Program-made: the position numbers and the translations under genes
Assembly (NCBI GenBank): GCA_965208105.1
Contig: OZ242318.1
Location: 2,048,001-2,112,000, forward strand
Length of the DNA stretch: 64,000 nucleotides
Reading direction: 5' to 3'
Origin: Candidatus Latescibacterota bacterium
GTDB lineage: Bacteria > Latescibacterota > UBA2968 > UBA8231
The notes under the pieces: model-generated
Databases searched by the model: none
Told to the model about the DNA's origin: nothing
The model's input: the letters and a program-made list of their open reading frames with translations, nothing else
Shown here: one piece after another, positions 59,207 through 64,000 of the stretch
Layout of the letters: each line of letters opens with the position of its first letter
Numbering within the stretch: the first letter of the stretch is position 1

Positions 59207-59686
59207 TTAGCCAGAAACCAGAATCGCTATCTCCACATTCTCGGTTTCTTCAGAGTAGCCTAACAGGAAAGCAAGATCCAGCAAGTACAGGTTGGGATCG
59301 CTTATAACGATAACCCCATCGGATACGGCAATTATCGGAGTCAGCCATTCATCTGCCTCTTCTGAAAACGCTACGTCCGCCAGTAAGAGATAGCCCACTG
59401 GGACATAGGCTGCTTGTCCTGAAGTCAACTCTACCTTGATATAGAGACCCAGAAAGCTTTCCGGCGTTATCCTTGGGTCTGCTATGCTGATATTGCCATT
59501 CAGATCATAGGCAGACGTAGACAGAGTTATTTCGATCAGAACTCCATCCCTGGGTGGTCCGGTTGCGCCTCTTGGACCTGTCTCCCCTTGCGGACCTTGG
59601 GGGCCAATTGGCCCCGCAGGTCCTTCGGGGCCTTCGCAGGCTACTACTCCCAAAGCAAAGCAAACTAAGAGAATGATATTGCGCAT
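59207..59686 (-). CDS. Collagen-like repeat lipoprotein
   Basis: MRNIILL...VVAC then (Gly-X-Y)n GPEGPAGPIGPQGPQGETGPRGATGPP. Confidence 0.8.
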   Translation of the reverse strand: MRNIILLVCFALGVVACEGPEGPAGPIGPQGPQGETGPRGATGPPRDGVLIEITLSTSAYDLNGNISIADPRITPESFLGLYIKVELTSGQAAYVPVGYLLLADVAFSEEADEWLTPIIAVSDGVIVISDPNLYLLDLAFLLGYSEETENVEIAILVSG

Positions 59687-59793
59687 GGTTCTTCCTTCCT
59701 TGGAGTGGGAGACATCGGAAAGATATCCGGCAAGTGCACTTGTTTTCAATCTTGGCGAGCCCCCCGATGAATGGTAGGGCGGCTTCTTTTTAG

Positions 59794-60036
59794 TTAGGGG
59801 CCTGCGGTGCGCCACGTCCCAACTACAGGATGGGGACGAGATTGTGTGACGCACCGCCCGACTAGCCCCCAATCCACCATATGGCCCCTGTGACCGTGAA
59901 TAAGTAACTGCGGAGGACATGCGGGGAACCATTGCCCCCGCTTCATGTTCACTTTAGGATTTCCGTGTTCCTTGCACTCGCATTGATAGACGCCCGATTG
60001 CTGGAAGGTTTGCCAAGTAGACGCATCGCGACCCAT
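59794..60036 (-). CDS. Small zinc-ribbon (YjzC-like) protein
   Basis: SGVYQCEC...KRGQWFPAC. Confidence 0.45.
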   Translation of the reverse strand: MGRDASTWQTFQQSGVYQCECKEHGNPKVNMKRGQWFPACPPQLLIHGHRGHMVDWGLVGRCVTQSRPHPVVGTWRTAGP

Positions 60037-60062
60037 GTTATTTCCTTTGAATGGCAGGCCGG

Positions 60063-60287
60063 CTATCCCACCAGTAACCATATAACGAAGGCGAAAATTG
60101 CTACTACCATAGCTATTCCAGGCAGAAATATGATCCACACGGCGATATAATCAACGATGTCCCTTATGCTTCCTTTTTTCCCTGGGCCCCTTTGCTCGTC
60201 CAAATACCTAAGAATAGTGATAGCCGCGATGGCAACTAGTGGCCCAACGAGCAGGACCCAAGCAGCGATTTCACCAAGAACGTCCAT
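60063..60287 (-). CDS. Small two-TM membrane protein
   Basis: Two hydrophobic helices. Confidence 0.45.
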   Translation of the reverse strand: MDVLGEIAAWVLLVGPLVAIAAITILRYLDEQRGPGKKGSIRDIVDYIAVWIIFLPGIAMVVAIFAFVIWLLVG

Positions 60288-61711
60288 TCAATAGATTTTA
60301 TTCATATTGGGCTTCAAGAAGACACTACCTTAGGTGAAAGCCAGCCCATCCCCGTTTAGGGTGTAATGGCCCAGTGTTCCGGAGTCTTCGGTCAAATCAA
60401 CGAAGGCCTGCGACGCCTCCTCCGGCACCCAGGAAGGGCGCAACTGCTTGGGCCTTTTATGCGGGACCTACCTCCATTGGTCCCAGTAGATGAAGATTTG
60501 ATAGAGAATGATTTTCGGGACCATGGCGTGGCGCACGCTCCCTTGCACTCGAACCCGCTTCCAGTCGTATCCAGCGCCCACCCAGGGCAAAACTTCAAGC
60601 CCGCCTTGTTCCCCTTCCCATTCATACCACCTGTATTGTTGCATTACTTCATGGATTAGGCCAAGGTCCATATATAAAACAGTCCCTGCCCGATCTTCTC
60701 TCCTGGATAGCGTAAGGCACTGAGCTTCAGGTTATTCACATCCACTCAATTTCCTGAAATTCCCATTGCCTGCTCCATCCCCTCAGGTTCTTATGGCCAT
60801 AGGAGCGATAAAGTCCCGCATTGCCCCCTATTTGATCGAACAGGGGAACGTCGGTCCCTTTCATCCCTCCATGCCGACTCTTTAACAGCGCACTAGTTGC
60901 CTCCCCCTTGGCGCTCTTCGCGCCTCTCTTTTCTTCTCCTGAAAAAATCAAACCCTAGTCCGAGGATCAGCACGGCAACCCCAATCAGCAGCAATACCGC
61001 AATGTAGTCCCACAAAGGCTCCATACCTACGACCTATCCACCTTCATCTGCCACAGTTCATGGCGTAGCTGTCTGACCCAATGCAGAATCAGAAAGATGA
61101 CGACCAATAGGGCCAAATAGAACAGGCACTTGATCGACGCGCCAATCTTGAAAAACCATTCCAGAAATTCCGGTGGGTTTTAAATTTCCTTGTTTCCTTC
61201 AATACACCTCCATCGTCTTTGGCCAGCGCTGTAAAGCCGGTAGGGGAAGGCAATCGATGGGCTCGGCAGGCCATTGCTTTGCCCATCCCCCGCGCGAATG
61301 GTTCTTTGCCACCTTGGAAGGTGACCTTCTTGATCGCTATCCCTTCCGCTCTCAGGCCTAGGCTCGCATTGCCCTTTTCCGTTGTGCTGAGTGTATTGAG
61401 GGTTGATACAACCTCCCTCGCCGCCCCTTCACCAAAGACCAGGGGAACTCCAATGTTCGGCGATCCACGTACCTGGAGGGAATCGATAGTGTAAATTGGA
61501 ATCCCCTTGATATTCCTTCTGGTTAATTTACATGTTCTTGAATGATATTTTTATGGAAATTGGCCTTGGTTTGGTGGTATTTTGGTGGAAATGCGAGAAT
61601 TCATCTATTTTTGGTTGTCGGGTCCAGGCGACGGGGCATCCCTGCTGCGGCGGAAGCGCTATTTGACGGTGGGACCCCCAAGGATCAGGATCCTCACTCA
61701 GGAGGAGAGCC

Positions 61712-64000
61712 ATGAGGCCGGCTGAAGAATTGGAACGAGAAAACAGGGCGTTGCGGGAGCGTCTGGCCCAATCTATCGAGGTCAGCCTGCGCATCAACGA
61801 GAGTCTCGATTTCAACACCGTACTGCAAGGGGTCCTGGACTCGGCCCGGTCGCTGACGGGGGCCCGGTATGGGGTGATTACGGTGGGAGACGGTTCGGGG
61901 CAACCGGAGGACTTCCTCTCCTCGGGGTTGACGGCCGGGGAGGCGGACCAACTGTGGGACCTGCCCGACGGCCCGCGCCTGTTCGAGTATCTCGGCGGCC
62001 TTTCAACACCGCTGCGGCTGGCGGACCTTCTGGTCCACCTCTCCTCGTTGGGCCTTCCCGACCATTTCCCTCTCGTGGCGGTGACCCCGAAGTTCTCCTT
62101 CCTTGGCGCTCCGATTCTCCACCAAGGCCAGCGGGTGGGGAACATCTACCTGGGCAAGAAGGAAGCGGGCGAGGAGTTCACCGAGGCCCATGAGGAGACC
62201 CTGGTCCTGTTCGCCGCGCAAGCCGCCATGGTCCTATCCAACGCCCGCAGATACCGGGATGAGCAGCGGACCCGAATGGATCTGGAGACGCTGATAAACA
62301 CCTCACCGGTGGGGGTGATCCTCTGGGACGTGAGGACCGGCAGGCCGGTTTCGTTCAACCGGGAAGTCCGAAGGATCGTCGACGGCCTGCGCAATCCGGA
62401 CCAGTCGCCCGGAGATCTCCTCCAGATTTTGACCTTGCGGCGCGGAGACGGGCGAGAGGTCTCCGTTGCCCAGACGCTGAGCGACTGTGAAACCGTGCGG
62501 GTCGAGGAGATCGTCCTGCGGGTGCCCGACGGCCGGTCGGTCACAGTGCTTCTCAATGCGACGCCGATCCGCTCGGAGGAGAACGGCGAGGTGGAGTCGG
62601 CGGTGATGACGCTGCAGGACATGACCCCTCTGATGGAGGTAGAGCGCCTGCGGGCCGAGTTTCTCGCCATGGTGAGCCACGAGTTGCGCGCCCCTCTGAC
62701 CTCCATCAAGGGTTCCACGGCCACGGTGTTGGGCGACCCCTCTACCCTGAGCGCGGCCGAGATGATTCAGTTCTTTCGCCTCATCAACCGTCAGGCCGAC
62801 CATATGAGTGGCCTGATCAAGGACCTGCTGGACGTGGGCCGCATCGAGACGGGCACCTTGCAGATCGATCCAACCCCCACCTCGGTGGCCGGCCTGGTGG
62901 ACCAGGCCCGCAACACCTTTTTGGGTGGGGTGAAATCAGGAAACCTTCGGATCGAACTGGCGGTCGATCTTCCCCGGGTGATGGCGGACAGGGGGCGCAT
63001 CGTCCAGGTGTTGGGCAACCTGCTGTCCAACGCGTTCCGGCACTCTCCCCAATGGGGGGCACCCGTCCTGGTTTCGGCGGTGGAGGAGGAGGTTCACGTG
63101 GCGGTATCCGTTACGGACCGGGGCCGGGGAGTTTCGGCCGAGCAGTTGCCGCACCTGTTTCGCAGGTTCCCCCGCTTCAACGGGGAAGACGGGGAGGGGA
63201 AGTGGGGGGCAGGCCTGGGCTTGGCCATCTGCAAAGGCATCGTGGAATCCCACGGGGGCCGAATCTGGGCCGAAAGCGAAGGGGAGGGCCGGGGGACGCG
63301 CATCACCTTCACCCTCCCCATCGTCGAGGAAGCCGCCATGGTCGTTGCGGGGGAAGCCGAATCCGGCTCCCCTCGCCGACAGGGCGGGAAGAGGCCGACC
63401 CCCATCCTGGTGGTGGACGATGACCCGCAGACCCTGCTGAGCGCGCGGGATACCTTGTCGAAAGCGGGGTACCAGACGGTGGCCACCGGCGATCCGGCGG
63501 AGGTACCCCTCCTTCTGGAGGAGCACCGTCCCCACCTGGTGCTTTTGGACCTGATGCTGCCCGAGGTCGACGGCATCGAGCTGATGCGGCAGATGTTCGA
63601 AATAACCACCTTGCCGGTCCTCATCCTGTCCGCCTATAGCCAGGAAGAGGTGATGGTCCGGGCCCTCGACGCCGGGGCGGCGGATTACGTGGTCAAGCCC
63701 TTCTCTCCGAATGAACTGACGGCCCGGATCCGGGCAGCCCTGCGCCGGGGCGCCTCACGAACCGAGCCGACCGAACCCTGCCTCTTGGGAGATCTGGCCA
63801 TAGACTACGTGGGACGGCGGGTGACGGTGGGAGGGCGGCGGGCGCGGTTGACCAACATCGAGTACCGGTTGCTGGTGGAGCTATCGGTCCATCTCGGCAG
63901 TGTAGTGACCTACCGGGAGCTGCTGCAGCGGGTCTGGAGGGGGAAGGCCCCGTCCGACCTGCGGTCGCTGCGCTCCGCGGTGAAGAGCCTACGCCGCAAG
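61712..64000 (+). CDS. Hybrid sensor GAF-PAS-HisKA-HATPase-REC-winged helix (3' end outside window)
   Basis: Own translation after AGGAGG: MRPAEELERENRALRERL...FLAMVSHELRAPLTSIKG...NLLSNA...GAGLGLAICKGIVESHGG...ILVVDDD...LLDLMLP...DYVVKPF. Confidence 0.9.
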   Translation, partial: MRPAEELERENRALRERLAQSIEVSLRINESLDFNTVLQGVLDSARSLTGARYGVITVGDGSGQPEDFLSSGLTAGEADQLWDLPDGPRLFEYLGGLSTPLRLADLLVHLSSLGLPDHFPLVAVTPKFSFLGAPILHQGQRVGNIYLGKKEAGEEFTEAHEETLVLFAAQAAMVLSNARRYRDEQRTRMDLETLINTSPVGVILWDVRTGRPVSFNREVRRIVDGLRNPDQSPGDLLQILTLRRGDGREVSVAQTLSDCETVRVEEIVLRVPDGRSVTVLLNATPIRSEENGEVESAVMTLQDMTPLMEVERLRAEFLAMVSHELRAPLTSIKGSTATVLGDPSTLSAAEMIQFFRLINRQADHMSGLIKDLLDVGRIETGTLQIDPTPTSVAGLVDQARNTFLGGVKSGNLRIELAVDLPRVMADRGRIVQVLGNLLSNAFRHSPQWGAPVLVSAVEEEVHVAVSVTDRGRGVSAEQLPHLFRRFPRFNGEDGEGKWGAGLGLAICKGIVESHGGRIWAESEGEGRGTRITFTLPIVEEAAMVVAGEAESGSPRRQGGKRPTPILVVDDDPQTLLSARDTLSKAGYQTVATGDPAEVPLLLEEHRPHLVLLDLMLPEVDGIELMRQMFEITTLPVLILSAYSQEEVMVRALDAGAADYVVKPFSPNELTARIRAALRRGASRTEPTEPCLLGDLAIDYVGRRVTVGGRRARLTNIEYRLLVELSVHLGSVVTYRELLQRVWRGKAPSDLRSLRSAVKSLRRK

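Larger units (their letters stand above)
58835..60899. repeat. 29-bp inverted repeat pair (58835-58863 / 60871-60899) with a third 15-bp copy at 58923-58937
   Basis: CAACTAGTGCGCTGTTAATGAGTCGGCAT vs reverse complement: 28/29 identical. Confidence 0.8.

Noticed and set aside
1-64000. tRNA/rRNA genes
   Set aside because: None recognised by eye; a covariance search would be needed to exclude them.

Overview
GC-rich bacterial window, probably from a Latescibacterota/Poribacteria-like lineage. That placement is inferred from PhyH/sulfatase-rich catabolic genes and a C-terminal 'ATSWGTLK' motif. (1) 1-14190: a large integron-like gene-cassette array with 15 attC-like sites plus an attI at ~13050. 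The cassettes are on the minus strand and the array runs off the left edge. It sits divergent to a tyrosine recombinase that lacks the integron-specific I2 insertion and carries an in-frame TAA. The native sites have a non-canonical 4-nt/7-nt spacer geometry, mostly without an extrahelical base, and most cassettes are bounded by their own 12-23 bp imperfect inverted repeats. One canonical 59-bp attC cassette is nested inside a native cassette. This is the most striking system in the window. (2) 14.4-28.7 kb: catabolic genes (PhyH dioxygenases, sulfatase, enolase superfamily, GH32, sirtuin, GHMP kinase, MetE-like, MBL fold, Gfo/Idh/MocA). (3) 29.2-37.3 kb: Rrf2 regulator plus a periplasmic nitrate reductase operon (napD-napA, two tetraheme cytochromes, NrfC/NrfD-like, decayed porin). 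(4) 37.3-44.5 kb: a decay zone with IS3, an IS1111-type IS110 with a bridge-RNA region, a broken DNA methyltransferase and nested group II intron remnants. (5) 44.5-53 kb: type I-C CRISPR-Cas. The tiny array contains a 411-bp gene-bearing 'spacer' and ends in an intron-fused repeat, and cas3 is frameshifted by an 8-bp duplication. (6) 53-64 kb: ABC binding protein, ferric reductase-like protein, SpoIVB-type peptidase, a 2-kb island of small ORFs bounded by a 29-bp inverted repeat, and a hybrid sensor kinase running off the right edge. All family calls come from motif recognition by eye; no database searches were run.
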